DNA of 63,866 bases, filler included, from Licmophora abbreviata (lineage: Eukaryota): assembly GCA_900291995.1 (NCBI GenBank). It is 12 parts of 12 records of this genome, joined end to end, with 100 filler letters (N's around TTAATTAATTAA, not from the genome) between each part and the next. Parts side by side here need not be neighbours in the genome. Positions count along the whole stretch, not along the records: positions 27,750 to 32,467 come from OLMU01000825.1; positions 32,568 to 33,892 come from OLMU01000826.1; positions 33,993 to 41,061 come from OLMU01000827.1; positions 41,162 to 48,730 come from OLMU01000828.1; 8 more parts are not named here. One strand, written 5' to 3'. The notes beneath the pieces were generated by a model that saw only the letters and a list, made by a program, of their open reading frames with translations, had not been told where the DNA came from and searched no databases. Positions 31,916-45,073 of the stretch are shown piece by piece. A program made the position numbers and the translations under genes. Position 1 is the stretch's first letter. Each line of letters begins with the position of its first letter.

Positions 31916-33809
31916 ATGACACGATCACTATCAGCAGTCGCAGTCTTACTACTTTCGACGCTTGCTGCACTCGGGAACCAAGTGGAAGAGGTGAGATTCG
32001 ACAGAGCCTTGCCGTTCTCCGAACGCAATGACAGGACAACCCCTGATGCATTCACTCACACGATACTTTCTTTACGTCTTGCTGGAAAGAGCGACCTCCT
32101 CAATTCCATCCGATGCCACATTCTGGCCGATGCCACACGCTTCGACAACGGCGACGATGACCTTGCTTATAAGTGCATTCCTCAACGAGACGACGGGAGT
32201 CTGATGCCTCTCCAGTTTCGGGTCGCCGATGAGCTGGTCCAGGGACACGAGGAACGAGTCTTGAACGGGCGCGCCTACGCGGTGTACACGAACTCATACC
32301 TACAAGAACGTCAAGACATGCCGGATGACCTAGTTACATCTCCCGATTCGAAACTCATCTTTCTGGACGATGTTTTGGAACGCCGGAGCCTCAGGGTAAA
32401 AAGGACTGGCACGAGTACGGTGTTTATTGCTCGAGTCGTTGCAAGGGACTCCTCTCCCATACACAGTNNNNNNNNNNNNNNNNNNNNNNNNNNNNNNNNN
32501 NNNNNNNNNNNTTAATTAATTAANNNNNNNNNNNNNNNNNNNNNNNNNNNNNNNNNNNNNNNNNNNNTTTGGAGGAGACGGCGAGTCACCGGAAGTACGC
32601 AACTTGGCCACCGTCTTCCGTGACTGCTCCTTTGGAGCATTCAACATGGTACCGGCAACTGGATCCGGTGTCGTCGGCGGCGTTGGCGATCTGGTTATCA
32701 ACCGCAAGATCGGTGACAGTCTCGATGACACACTACTCAACGTTCTGTCCACAAGCCTTGAGGAACAATATGATACCGGCGGCTTTGACCACCACGTCTA
32801 CGTCATTCCGAAAGGCACCGGTGGATGGTCTGCAGGAGCCTTCATTGGTGGCTACCAATCCTATTTCAATGACTTTCATATTTCCTTTGTGAGCTCCCAA
32901 GTTCACGAGCTGGCACACAACTTGGGCATGGGGCATTCTAGTGTCGCGGGGGCTACGGGCCAGTACAAAGACTACGAGGATCAGTCGGGCTTTGTAAGTG
33001 CAGATTGTCCACGCCGAACTTCACAGCTATACTATTTCATTTGCCTTGTGCTAACAAATTGTATCCTTGCCCCTCTCATACCACTGCAGATGGGATTCTC
33101 CTACAACGAAATAAATTATCCTCGAATGTGCTTCAATGGGATGAAGAACTGGCAATTTGGGTGGTACAATGCACGAAGTAAAGATCTTAATCTACGAGTT
33201 GATGGCGCCTTTGTCGGCAGACTGAACGCCTTTGTCGACTTCGACAATACATTCTCTGGCGACTACGTTCTGCTCAAGTACGGTGAGAATCACATTCAGT
33301 ACAACAGCAAGAAGGGCATCAACTCTGAAACAAACGAAGCCCAGAACCAAGTTGCCGTAACAGTGGGGTCAGGCGCCGAGGTTTCATATCGTGTCGCTGA
33401 ACTCAGCACGAGCAGACGAACCTATTCCATGAACGGTCCGGACGGGCGAGCCATCATTGAAATCTGCGAATACAATATGAATCGTGACTTCTATCGCGTC
33501 AGCATATACCTCAAAGACGTACAGAGATCTGCTTGCAACGACAACGACACAGGAACTTCAACTACATTCACCAACAATGAAGACTGTGGCTTAGCAGACT
33601 ACGCCTTCTGTACTGATCCTACCGAATGCTGCTCAGGGAAATGCTCTCAGCGAGATAGCCCTGATCCATACAAGAGCGTTTGTGGGAAATCCCCATCTTC
33701 GTTTGGAGTGCCCGGTACGGGAGATCGTGGCAGAGACAACAATGGACGTGGGGGCGGAAATGGCGCCGCACGTGGTGGCGGTGGGCGCAGCGGATTCCTT
33801 CGGGGTTGA
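31916..33809 (+). CDS. Secreted zinc metalloprotease, peptidase M11 (gametolysin) family; spans the gap; intron 32994-33089
   Basis: Signal peptide, pro-region ending 'RRSL', zinc motif 'HELAHNLGMGHS', 'YEDQSGF|MG' Met-turn, 'CFNGMKNWQFGW' and a small Cys-rich C-terminal module. Confidence 0.85.
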
Positions 33810-34036
33810 TAGGGGCGCTACTATAACTTTCGCCCTGTGATTTGTCGCAAGGCCAACGCACTGCGGAGTTCGACGCTTGTTCACAACACTACNNNNNNNN
33901 NNNNNNNNNNNNNNNNNNNNNNNNNNNNNNNNNNNNTTAATTAATTAANNNNNNNNNNNNNNNNNNNNNNNNNNNNNNNNNNNNNNNNNNNNCTGCGGAG
34001 TTCGACGCTTGTTCACAACACTACCGTACTATAAAC

Positions 34037-36165
34037 CTAGGATGTAGCTACTTCCAACCACCCAAAAGAGGTTCTTTCGTCGTCGCCATCGTATATCACA
34101 TTGTCGAGCTGCAAGTCTTCGACGCGTCCAGGTGCAGAGCTGCTCTCTTTTCCGTCGCTGTTTGAGTTGCGTTTCTGGCGACGTCGCTTCGGTAGTTTCG
34201 TAATCAGACCTTCGTTAATTGCTTCCAGCACCGTGTTGCACTGAATCCAATCCATTCCGTTGGTCCGTCGAAAAGTTGTGCCCTGTTGCGAGTCCTTTCG
34301 ACCTCCCTTCGGTCGTGGAGTCACGACGCGAGAGAATCCCATGCGACTGGCTTCTTGAATTCGTTTCTCAATTGCCGGAACCGGTCGAAGCTCCCCGAGG
34401 AGTCCGACTTCCCCGACAAAGGCTGTGTCAGCACGGACAGGAATGCAGACAAAGCTGCTCACCAATGAAACAGCCACTGCCAGATCGGATGCGCCTCCCT
34501 CTTGCGCACCTTGGTCGAGACGCATATGCCCAACAACGTTGATGTACACATCCTGTTTGGAAAAGAACATGCCACAGCGCTTCTGCAACACTCCCAGTAG
34601 CAGTAACAGGCGCGAATACGAGATCCCATTGGCTATCCGACGACCGTAACCACTTCCGGCTGAGCTAGCAGGAGTCACGAGTGCTTGAACTTCTACCGTC
34701 ATCGCACGGAGTCCCTCCAGTACCAGTGCGATCGAACAGCCTTCCGAGTCCTCATATTCTATACGGTTCGACAGAAAGAGTGATGAAGGATCCGAAACAG
34801 GGCATAGACGCCCTGATGTCATTTCATAAACCCCAACTTCATCGGCAGACCCAAAACGATTCTTCGCAGCGCGCAGCATTCGTAGGTTGACGCCACCAAT
34901 CGTGCTCATGTCGCCACCTTCGAGGTAGAGGACGCAGTCAACCATGTGCTCCACAGTTCGAGGCCCAGCAACATCGCCGCTCTTGGTCACGTGGCCCACG
35001 AGAATATTGGGATTCCCGTAGACTTGGCGAGGCGCAAAAAGAGTGCAACGCATTCTCTCACTTGTGTAACCCCGCCGGCGGCTGAAGCTCCTCCCGCATC
35101 ACAAACCATCGTTTGAATCGAGTCAATGACAAGCAGCGCAGGCGGTTTGGCCTCTTGACCCGGAATCACCTCTGCCATCTTGAATGGCTGCTGAAACGAG
35201 TCGACAATTTGATCGGCTAACGTATCCACGTGCGTTTCGCTCAACAGCCACAGTTCGGACGCAGATATGCCCAGTCGCCCTGCTCTTGCTGCAATCTGGT
35301 CTGAGTTTTCCTCTCCCGACACGTACCAAACTTGTCCAAGGGATCGCGATGCGTCAGAAGTCTCCGCGAGTCCCATCCCGATGCCGCGGGTGGGTGCTGA
35401 TAACGATGCAAGGCTTCCTGCCGTCTGCAGCAGCAGTGTGCTCTTGCCGACGCCTGGATCGCCGCCCAACAGCGTGAGTGATCCTGCCATGATGCCTCCC
35501 CCCAGTACGGTATTGAGCTCATCGTCGTCTGGTACTCGTATTCGTTTTTCACACCGTATGCTATCGTAGGACGCATCGCCGTTGCTACCAGCGGGTTCAA
35601 TTGCCTTGTAGACGTCAGTGACACGAACCGGCCGGTTTCCATACGCGTCAAAGTCCAAGACTTCTCCGTTGATGGAAGGTGTCGCTCCATCTAACCACGA
35701 GCTAGCTTGACGTGACGCCGATCCAAAGGTAGGTCTCCCTGCGGTCTTTTGTTTCCCGGATGATTCCTCTCGACCGACTTGAAACTTTTGTAGCGTGTTC
35801 CATTCGCGACAGGTGGGACATCTCCCCATCCACTTGACAAATTCGCTTCCGCAATTCGTACAGACGTGAACACAGGTGGACCCTGTACCGGACGTACCCA
35901 TTGCCTTGCGTTGAGAGGGTGCTGAGCGGCCTCGATTCAGTCCGTACGACACGGATGTCTTGGGAGGGACGAAATTGGAGGTGTCCACCGAAGGAGGCTC
36001 GTCGTCGTCGTCGTCGAAATCGTCGTCCGCTTCGCCGTTGTCAAGCTCTGTCATGTAGCTTCGTCCAAGAATCCTCTTTTGATAATTTCTCGATCGTTTC
36101 AGCTGTCCATGAGCTGTGGACGAAAAAAGTTGAAGAGATCGATTTCGATCGAAACAAGGTCCCAA
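34037..36165 (-). CDS. radA: DNA repair protein RadA/Sms (organelle-type), apparent 1-nt frameshift at about 35002; start uncertain
   Basis: C4 zinc finger 'CTNCG..FVKWMGRCPTCREWNT', Walker A 'GDPGVGKSTLLLQ', 'YVSGEE', 'IDSIQT', 'KNRFG' and a Lon-like C-terminus 'GEVGLLGELR'. Confidence 0.93.
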
Positions 36166-36668
36166 ATCCGATTACTGGGGTAGGAAGGAGCGCCACTAAG
36201 GCGAAGCTACAATATTGTGAGAGGCAAAACCGGCTCATTCGAATTCGGGATTTCGTCTCCCTCGAGTTGCTATTCCGTAAGCGGTCAATCCCATTCATTC
36301 TTTGGCATGAGGAGGATTCCATCTCGACTGCACAGGCGACCCGATAAATTGGCAGGACAGCCCCGAACGAAGAGCACCAGCCGGTCCTTTTTTCTGTCAT
36401 GGCGCCATCTGCTTCACGAGACCGAAAGCGCCGCCGCGCCAATTTATTTTTTCGGGTGTCAGCAAGACGTCAGATGAGCCTTCCACGTGGAGGTACACCC
36501 GCCCCCGGGACGATCCTTTTCGTCGGGCGCGCGCAAAATCATTCTCGTTCTGCCGGTACTGTCGCGTGGCACCATGATGGAATGTTGATGTCAACGACGG
36601 TTGCTCACATCGCGACCGCATTGCACTTTCCCACACAAAGGATGCGACGCTGCTCCGTCCCTCTGTCA

Positions 36669-38445
36669 ATGAACTCGCTTCTTGTCTTGCTCATCGCCTT
36701 CCTGTGGATCGCAACGGCATCAGTGACGACGCCGCAGGCCGGCACAGCGCTTCGAAACGGTGCCGGAGATGCTCCAAGTTTGAAGACTCCTTTTATTGGA
36801 GAGTCTGCCTTGGTGGATAAAGAGACTGGTAGAATCTTCTGGAAGGGGGGCTCGAGGACATCCCTGTCAGAAAGTATAGCACCGCTCATGGGCGAACTAG
36901 GGCTCCGCCATGTCCGCGCAACAGCACTCAGCTCTCTCTTGCTACTGGCGGGTGTTTCCAATCTCGTCGCCTGGCTTCGACAGCAGCTCGAGGCCTCTTC
37001 ATGGGGATCGGTCGATTCGTGGCAAGTCAAGACACTCTTGTTTTCCTTAAACTGGACAATTTTGAGAATACCGAAAATGGGCAGTGGCTTCGTCGCTGTC
37101 GGCTGCCTGTTGTACCTCTTGGAATCGAACGGGTGCAGTACGAGGCGGTATCTGACCAATGCCATGTCCAGTCCAGAAGAGCTAGAAGAGTATATTGAGA
37201 GTTTGAGGGAGGCTCCACCCGTAGTTACTTGGAAGGTTCGGTGCTTTCATTACGAACGACGGAAATGGTTGTCAATATTGATGTTTGGGTCCATATGGAG
37301 TCGCATCTTTCGAGATCGACACCCGTCGTCGACTGGGACCTCGCCATCTCTCTTGACGAAAAAAGTAGTGACTCACCATGCTTCTGGGAACTACACCTTT
37401 AACAGGTACGATGAGAGTCTCTGCTTTTGTGTCGTCGGTCTTTTGTTCGTTGCGCGCTCACTCACCACGACCCCAACGTCTGTCCACTCCAATACTCTAT
37501 CAGCTTTCAAGACTGTACCGTCGTTGGTGTTTGGAAGCGAGCCGAGTCAACAAGCGTCACCCTCGCACCCTTTACTAAGATTGTTCTGTCGAAACTATTA
37601 GTCTTATCCAATGCCAAGGCACGCGAGGACTACTTTAAGCAGCAAAGTGACTTTGTCACCCAGGAAGGACAAGCGGACGAGTATGCCGAGTTCTCCACCA
37701 ATATTCATGGTACGTATGTCGCATATATTCTGCATCAATCGGGAGGATTCGCATCTTGGTAAATTCCGAACGTTGCTCTCACCTTGACAGTGTCTCCTTT
37801 CCAACAGTCGACGGGTTCCAGTCTAGAACACTAGCGGTGCGGCCTGTGGAAGGCCAGCAATCTGCTAAGCTGTTTCGACTCAATCTTTTCTGGCTTTTCA
37901 CCTTCCTTGGGCTCACTGTTCCGTTCCGCGTGTGGTTCGCACGGCACTGCGACGAACTCCGAGTCACGGTCGCCAAAGAAACGTCAGCGAGCAAGTCATC
38001 GAAGAGCTGGTTTAAGTGGAGTAGCAAATCAGAGGACTCTCCCATGGAGGGATTTAAACGTGTGATGCAAGAGCTGGCTTTATATACTAGCGTTGAAGAG
38101 CGAGGGAAACCGATCAACAGTGTAGCACAAGAGCTGATGAATGACATTGAAGTTTCGGCGGCTTCTGCTGTGGAATTGAACGATTCGGATGCAATGGTGA
38201 CGAACGCAACGATGACGAGCCCGATGACGACGAGCGAAAGAAATCCAGAAGCAACGACGGTGGACGCTTTCGAAGGCGTATCGATATCAAACAATACGAC
38301 CTGCATTGTCCCTTCTAATATTTCCGATGTTAAGACGGAGCTGCTTGCTGCCCCTGAGGCCGAGACAGACGAGAACGCGACAGCTGCTGCAGCTGAGATC
38401 GCTACAGCCGAGCAAAGTGGTCCGCAAGACCATCCACCATACTAA
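36669..38445 (+). CDS. TMEM151-like membrane protein, 3 exons
   Basis: 'YLLES..CSTRRYL', 'LREAPPVVTWKVRCFHYE', 'KVVTHHA', 'FWLFTFLGLTVPFR'. Introns at about 37405-37503 and 37710-37807. Confidence 0.6.
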
Positions 38446-38645
38446 TAAGCTAGATCTTAGATCTGAAAGGCTATAAGCCATGCCCCTCTCTGGGATATAC
38501 TGCGCCCGTCGCCGCGAGTAGAGGAGAGATTAGATTCAAGAGAGCTCGCAGTTTTGACCTCGCCGCGCGCAACTTCAACTTGGTATCTTTCATCTTTCTC
38601 GAAGTCTTCTTCACTTTTTTCCACGTGTCAATAGTTGTTGCAACC

Positions 38646-39856
38646 ATGACGACGATCTATCGCTCCTCTGCATTTCTTGTTTGCGCCGCCGCGTGTCTTG
38701 TTTCACGCGGTGGGGATGCGTTTACCACGCTGTCGCGAAGACCGGCGGCGACGAGAGTTAGCAATTTGCGAGCCGCAAGCCCTCGCGCAAGCAGAACGAC
38801 GCTTTCCATGTCGGCGGGAAACGGTGGCGTCGTCATCACGGGAGCAGCAGGAGGGGTTGGGTTCGCCTATGCTGGTGAGTTTGACTGGCCCTTGAACGTG
38901 CAGAATGAACGCTCAGCCAAATCTAACGCTATACTAATTTTTCAGGCGAGTTCATGGACCGCGGATACGAAGTCGTCATCTGCGACGTGAGAGACTGTTC
39001 GGCAGCTGCTGAGGCCTTGCAATCTCGCCATCCTAATGGGAAGGTGTTCCATACCAAGTGCGATGTCTCTGATAGTACGAGTGTGGAGAAATTAGGAAGA
39101 TTTTCCCAGAGCAATCTCGGAACCATTGAATACTGGATCAACAACGCTGGAGTGAACGGAGGTCGACGCGCTCTCCGTGATGTTCCTGTGAGTCAAGTGG
39201 AGCTCGTTGTCAAAGTCAACCTTCTAGGAACTCTCTTGGGTACGAAGGTGGCTATGGATATAATGGCGGAACAGGTACGGGCTCAATTGAATTTCGCTGT
39301 CGTTCTCAAAAATCTGCGCTAGAGACGACCGCTCACCCTCGCTTCTCTGCCTCTTCCCTAGACGGGTGTCACGGGTCACATCTTCAACACTGTAGGCAGC
39401 GGCGTCAAAGGCGGTGGTACACCTGGATATGCAACATATGGAGCCACGAAGCGTGGGCTACCTCAGCTGACTGCCAGTCTTGTAAAAGAGCTGGACGAGG
39501 GTGTACAGGGATACGACAAGACGGATACCGCTGGTACGATCCAAGTGCACAGTTTGTCCCCGGGAATGGTCTTTACAAAACTCTTGTTGGATGATTCGAC
39601 ACCCGAACTTCGCAAGTTTCCATTTGGAGTGTTGGCAGCTCAGCCTGAAGAGGTTGCCGCAGACTTGGTCCCAAAGATGCTGCAGGTGAAGTCGAATGGG
39701 GAAAGTGCTGAGTTTCTCACAACGGACCGTATCTTAACAAAGTTCTTTGAGCGGTTTGTACTTCAAAAGAAGTCTGAATACATTGACGACGATGGAAATG
39801 TCATCAAGACGCCTGGGGAACAGTACGATGAGACAGGTGTTCGAGCACTCTATTAA
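38646..39856 (+). CDS. Plastid-targeted short-chain dehydrogenase, chlorophyll(ide) b reductase NOL/NYC1-like, 3 exons
   Basis: 'VVITGAAGGVGFAYAGEF', 'WINNAG', 'GHIFN', catalytic 'YGATKR', 'VHSLSPGMV.T.LL'. Signal peptide ending 'GDA-FTT'. Confidence 0.78.
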
Positions 39857-39932
39857 CTACAATCTGCTATATGATACCGATGCTCCTGTTAGCTCCCGTG
39901 CCAATGCTTCCGACATAACCAGCACTAATATC

Positions 39933-41061
39933 TTACGCAAACAGGGTAAACAGCTGTATTACTCCAACAATAGCTCCCAGAATGCCTCCCAGAGCAATCA
40001 ATGTAATTTCGTCTTCTTCAAATGCGGGGTGCAGTACACCTTCAAATTCGGGCGCCGGCAGTTCCTGCATCTTTGTGCGAATGGTTTCCTCCATGGCGAG
40101 CGCCTCTTGAGAATACTTGTACGATTGGTCGATAATAGTCGGCATCTCTTCGACCACTCTGGTTGCTATTGTCTCCTTCATTTCGGCAAACTTGTCGGCT
40201 CCCATGGCGGCAATCGCCAGCGGCTTGACTTCCCGCAGGAACTTCTCCGTGAATAGCAACGTGTGCGCACGCAGCATGGCGAAAAAGTTACTGGATAGCG
40301 GACCATCAAAGATGGATTCCCATATCGCCTTTATGTGGAGAATTTCGACACAGACAACACGCGCGAATGTTTCAGCCACTTCGTTCTGTCGTTTCAAGAA
40401 AATGCCCTGCATGGTAAAGCAACCAATCTTCTTGGGCTCCAAAGGAGCAAAAATAATTTTCAGAGCAAGATAGTTGGTAATCCAGCCAACCAGGAAACCG
40501 GCAACTGGCATAATCCAGCTGCCATTGTAGACGAACCAGATTCCCATCTGAATGCATCCAAAAAAGAATCCAAAGTAGAAACCAGATCGTCGAATAAAGA
40601 TGAATTCTTTGTCACCACACTCCTGAAAGATCTTGTTGACGAGCGGTTTGTTGGCAACGCACGCCTCCACCGTCATATGCTTGATATCCACAACATCTTC
40701 GACATGTTCCTGCATATCCAACATGAACCCGGTTAGAAACTCATTACTCTCTTGGTCCGTCATGACAATGATATCATCCTTGACTTCTTGCGGAAGATTG
40801 TCCCATGCCGTCGGCATGTACTCTGTGGCAACTTCAGTTACAATCTTGTCCATGAGCAGTAGTACGCCATCTTCCATCTCTTCGCTGAATCGAACAGGGT
40901 CCAACCGTTGAAAGATCTCTTTGATGTGGAAGAGTCGTGTGGTCATGAGATCGAAGGTAATTCCGGCCATCTTGCGAGCCTTGGTCGGAATGATGCCTTG
41001 CCATCCTATAATGCCCCACGGTTCCTCTTTTAGCCGAAAGAGCTCAATCCCCCAAAACTCA
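39933..41061 (-). CDS. DUF445-family membrane protein, 5'-partial
   Basis: Duplicated motifs 'GWQGIIPTKARKMA' and 'GWITNYLALKIIFAP...QGIFLKRQ', with C-terminal 'FEGVLHPAFEEDE..LI.LGG.LG..VG..Q'. Confidence 0.8.
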
Positions 41062-41673
41062 NNNNNNNNNNNNNNNNNNNNNNNNNNNNNNNNNNNNNNN
41101 NNNNNTTAATTAATTAANNNNNNNNNNNNNNNNNNNNNNNNNNNNNNNNNNNNNNNNNNNNACTCGCTATTTCTTTTGGAGTCAGGATTCGATCCGATTG
41201 CTACGCTTGTCCGTCTACAACGACAAGATGCTTGCCTGACGTAGATATCGCTGATGCGGTGTGTTGTGTCGCCCTTCTGCTCGCCGCGGCGTCTTGGCTT
41301 CATCTCGACACATGGTCGTCGCTCGTCGTCTCCCAAAATCGACTGCGCGCACATCTAATCCACAAACGCGCGAGCATTCTCACTGGATTATCGCGTAACC
41401 CGGAGGCGCAATGCTTGACAGACTGCCATCCCGGGAGCTTTCTGCGCCCGCGACATTATCAGAATGACCGTCAGCGCCGGGCGAACCTCGCGCGGCGTCT
41501 CAAATCACACAGCATGCAATCACGGGGGTCGCTTGAAAAGGTTGTTGAGCAAAATCAATCACGCATTGAACATTCTCTAGCTCTCATCACACAACAACAG
41601 ACTGTGTGCACGCCATTCAACGACCCCGCTGCACTATACAACTTCATAGACCACAACAAACGATCACACGACG

Positions 41674-42246
41674 ATGAACAGCACGCCATCCGCATCGATC
41701 GAAGAGTTAGAAGCCTCCTTGACTGCACACGCCCACGTCGTCGAACCAAATTGTGTTGCATTCCTCGCAGACGAGATGGGACAATCGGGAAAACTTGCTT
41801 TTCCGACTTCTTCTTCTAGTAATTGTAAGAAGGCCTCAATCCAGAGCAGTATCTTCAGCGTCAAGTCTTCTATCTTCAAAAGCTTGGTTGCCTTTGTCGA
41901 TTCCGCTGAAGCTGAAGTGCGGGCGAGCGAGCAAGACCGGAGGGATCACTTGATGTGCCAACTCGCGATTGCGCAGCAGCAGAGAGTCACCAAGGAGGCC
42001 GAGCGACTGACGAACCCAGAGTGTTGTAAGAAGGAATTCCGACAACTCAAGGAGGAAATGAAGCAGACCGGGATGGTGACTAATTCTGGGCATCAAGCAG
42101 TGATTAGCACACTGCTACACGATCGCACGACGAGAAGGCTGTCCATGCCAGCGACCGATGAGGAGAGGGACAGCGAGCGAGTGAATGCGGTACGTCGAAA
42201 CACAGAGCCTACTCCGTCGAAAGAAGTCTCATGGGAGTTCGTCTGA
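41674..42246 (+). CDS. Hypothetical protein
   Basis: 190-aa ATG-initiated ORF with helical character and no recognised motif. Confidence 0.4.
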   Translation: MNSTPSASIEELEASLTAHAHVVEPNCVAFLADEMGQSGKLAFPTSSSSNCKKASIQSSIFSVKSSIFKSLVAFVDSAEAEVRASEQDRRDHLMCQLAIAQQQRVTKEAERLTNPECCKKEFRQLKEEMKQTGMVTNSGHQAVISTLLHDRTTRRLSMPATDEERDSERVNAVRRNTEPTPSKEVSWEFV

Positions 42247-42645
42247 AAGTCAGGCAAGCCAACTTGATACTGTGTAAGAGTACACGAAAATGTATGAGAA
42301 AAAAAGCGCACTACTACTTTCAATCAGCTCATCTCCGATAGACGCACAAGTAATACATTCAATTTTTGGCTTCAGCATATGTGCATAGTCTATAAGAGCG
42401 CAGGTCATACCCTCTCGATTCGAGGGTGGAGTTATCCCTTCTAGAAAGCTAATCAGTAGCCTTCGCGATAATTCCGCCGCTAAATTATCACACTGTTACT
42501 CTTGGGTCAAGATCTAGTCGGAACGGTGTTCTTGCTGACGCCGCCGATGCCTGATCGTATTCACATTATCCTAGTCACCAATCATACTCGTACACGGATC
42601 CCGCACCAGCCAAATCGTACTTTGCGTCTCTACAACAGTCCTCTT

Positions 42646-42987
42646 CTACGCCGTTACTTCACTACCACTACTACCATCAGTAGTGCTACTCTTGACCATC
42701 AATAATGCTTCTGCCGACTCCACCAAGTGCTGAATCCGATATTCCTGTTTGGCACACTTCTTCTTGAGTTCGGCATTTTCCTTTTGCAGCGCTGTGAGCT
42801 CCTTGGTACTACTCGCACCAATGGTAGTATTGTTAGTACTGCTTGTACCGTCGTTGACGACGAGCATGGCACTGCGAATTTCTCGCAACGTAAGCAGCAT
42901 GTCCATTTGAGCTTTTTGCACAGCCTCCTTTGTTGCGTCAAAGTGAGACCCAATCTCGAGGGCCTCGATTCGCTGCTGCAAGTCCAC
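42646..42987 (-). CDS. Small coiled-coil hypothetical protein
   Basis: Heptad pattern 'LTALQKENAELKKKCAKQEYRIQHL'. Start uncertain. Confidence 0.5.
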   Translation of the reverse strand: MDLQQRIEALEIGSHFDATKEAVQKAQMDMLLTLREIRSAMLVVNDGTSSTNNTTIGASSTKELTALQKENAELKKKCAKQEYRIQHLVESAEALLMVKSSTTDGSSGSEVTA

Positions 42988-43472
42988 CAGTGTCGTGGTC
43001 GATTGTGGATCGTTCTGATGAAAGGGGGAAAGATATCAAATAAGGAAGAGCTGGATGAGTCCATTTTCAATTTTACGAGATGAAATAAGAAACCACAAAG
43101 AAACAGTCGCGTTGCTTGTCATCGTCACACAGCCATGTTGGTATCGAAGGACAGCTATCCACATCATTCGTCGATCCCCTATTTTCATCAATGAATTACA
43201 AAGCCACACCGTGACGGATACTTCTATCACTCTAGTCTACGTACCGTCATGTTGTTCAATACGGAGTACACGATGCACGCGGGGCTCTCCTATGAGACGA
43301 TGAGTGACTACAGAGGAGCGACGACGCCGGCGACGAGTGATGTAATAAGGTACTCGTAGTGAGTGTAGGTGTGAGTCGAGTCGAGTGAGTCAAGGCATCA
43401 CTCATCTCGATCGCCGCCCACACACATTCCGATTGCAATTTAGTCTAGTAAAGGCCACACACACCATCCACC

Positions 43473-45058
43473 ATGATGATCCGCCGCTTGCTGCTTTCGA
43501 CGACAGCGTTGCGACCCAGAGACTGCCAACGCGCATCTTCTGTCGCGCTGCGCTTGGTTCACAGTGATGACGACACTGACGACAACACTGTCACCAATAC
43601 TGACGATGCTGATAATGCTGATAATTCAACCCAAACAAAGGAGAAGCGAAAGAAAAGGGAAAAGTTCAAAATAAGGCGCGATCTCCTGTTGGATGCGACA
43701 GGACGGGAAGTCTTCACTCCCGAGGTCGACATGGATCTGTGCGTCACCGAAAATCCGCTTTCTCAAGATCTGCAGCGCGTGGTGGAGGAGCACGTCAACA
43801 TCGCCTGCTTTGATCACCCCTTACCGCACAGTCGTCACATTGTTCGCCACTGGAAGCTCGACAGCCGGAAAAGCTTGAAGCCGAGAAAGAAGAAGGCACT
43901 CCAAACGAAGTTTACAATCACGCCCTTTGTACTCATCGGCGCCTACCAGGAGCTTTTGGAACGCGTTGAAAACCTGAAACCGAGAACTGAAGACGGACTC
44001 TTGGCCAAACAGAATATCCAAGACGCACAGATTTTGTTCAGTTGGTTTGCTACTGTATCGAAAAAAATTGACCCTATTGAGGCCGAACATTTCCGATTCC
44101 AAAAGGTCAAGTTGCCTGACAAACCACATACCGCCTGCAAGCCACTCATGGTGCAGGAGCTGATGGCCATGTTTGCTCGTCCTCTGCTTTCTCCTTACCT
44201 GCCGGAACATGCCTGGTGTCTCAATAACACCCCGCACCTTCCGGGGATCGAAGCAGTGGAAGCGCTTGCACGAAGCGTGGATCATGACACCAGGAGACAC
44301 GCGTTCATGTTTTGGAATCTTGGGGTAGAGGGCGATGTAGTACTTGGGCCTCTACACGTCAAGATGATTGTGAATATGATGAAGCCATACGTTCCGCAAT
44401 GGTGGGTTGAAAATCTATTCAAGCTCTATACTTTTAACAAGGGATCCAATAAGACTTGGACTATCACGCGAGACGAATGCAGTAGCCTTCCAGCGGTCTT
44501 GGTCGACATTCTATTGTTACGCTTGGACTTTTCTGAAGTCCTCGAGAAACACCCTTTGTGGGAGAAAATGAGTCAGCTTATTAAAAGTGACAAGAAGAAG
44601 CACAACCTCGGGGTGATTAAACCTCGACAGTTGCCCAAGAAAATTGACGAGTCTGCTGACCTCGACTATCATCGTCTGGGGCCTGTCATTGCCGTTGCTT
44701 TCCGGGGCCCCGAAAAGCTTCGAGAGAAATTCCAACGAGCGGTCGAGCTCGAACTCAAGTCCGGCCTACTCTTTGACAAACGGTTCATCGACAACAAAGT
44801 CTTCTCTTTCAAGCCACCACAGGGCAAAAAAAGAAAAAAGACTTAGCGAAAGAAGCGGAATATGCTTTGAAGTACATGGTGCACCAGAAGACGTATGACA
44901 TTGCTGCGGCAGGAACGAAGCCAACCAGGAATCGAGCTCGCACGCTCCTCCAGGAAGAAGGACGTCAACTTGTCGAGGCACAGAAGCTCCACAAACCCTC
45001 AGGAGCTAAAGCCCACAGTAAAAGAGCGCCGAAGAAGTCCGGCGGCCTCGCTAGCTAG
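43473..45058 (+). CDS. Hypothetical protein with mitochondrial-presequence-like N-terminus; probably extends to 45058 through a frameshifted A-run at 44826-44839
   Basis: 457-aa ORF starting 'MMIRRLLLSTTALRPR'. Adding one A continues the reading as 'KKDLAKEAEYALKYMVHQK...GGLAS*'. Confidence 0.55.
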
Positions 45059-45073
45059 AAAGTAGAAGCAAGA

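Noticed and set aside
34037..36165. radA, HU, DinB and DUF445 as evidence of bacterial contamination
   Set aside because: They are embedded among intron-containing eukaryotic genes, most carry N-terminal extensions, and HU itself has an intron.
36041..36238. Signal-peptide-like segment (MSRFCLSQYCSFALVALLPTPVIGF) upstream of radA in a different frame
   Set aside because: It may be the true plastid-targeting N-terminus via another indel or intron, but the junction cannot be placed from the sequence.
41232..41819. 195-aa ORF, and the many antisense ORFs overlapping called genes
   Set aside because: No motifs, non-ATG starts, and expected as shadow ORFs at about 50% GC.
42408..42427. Hairpin accctc-N7-gagggt near an Sm-site-like AATTTTTGG at 42361
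   Set aside because: Too short, with no recognisable snRNA, snoRNA or tRNA motifs around it.
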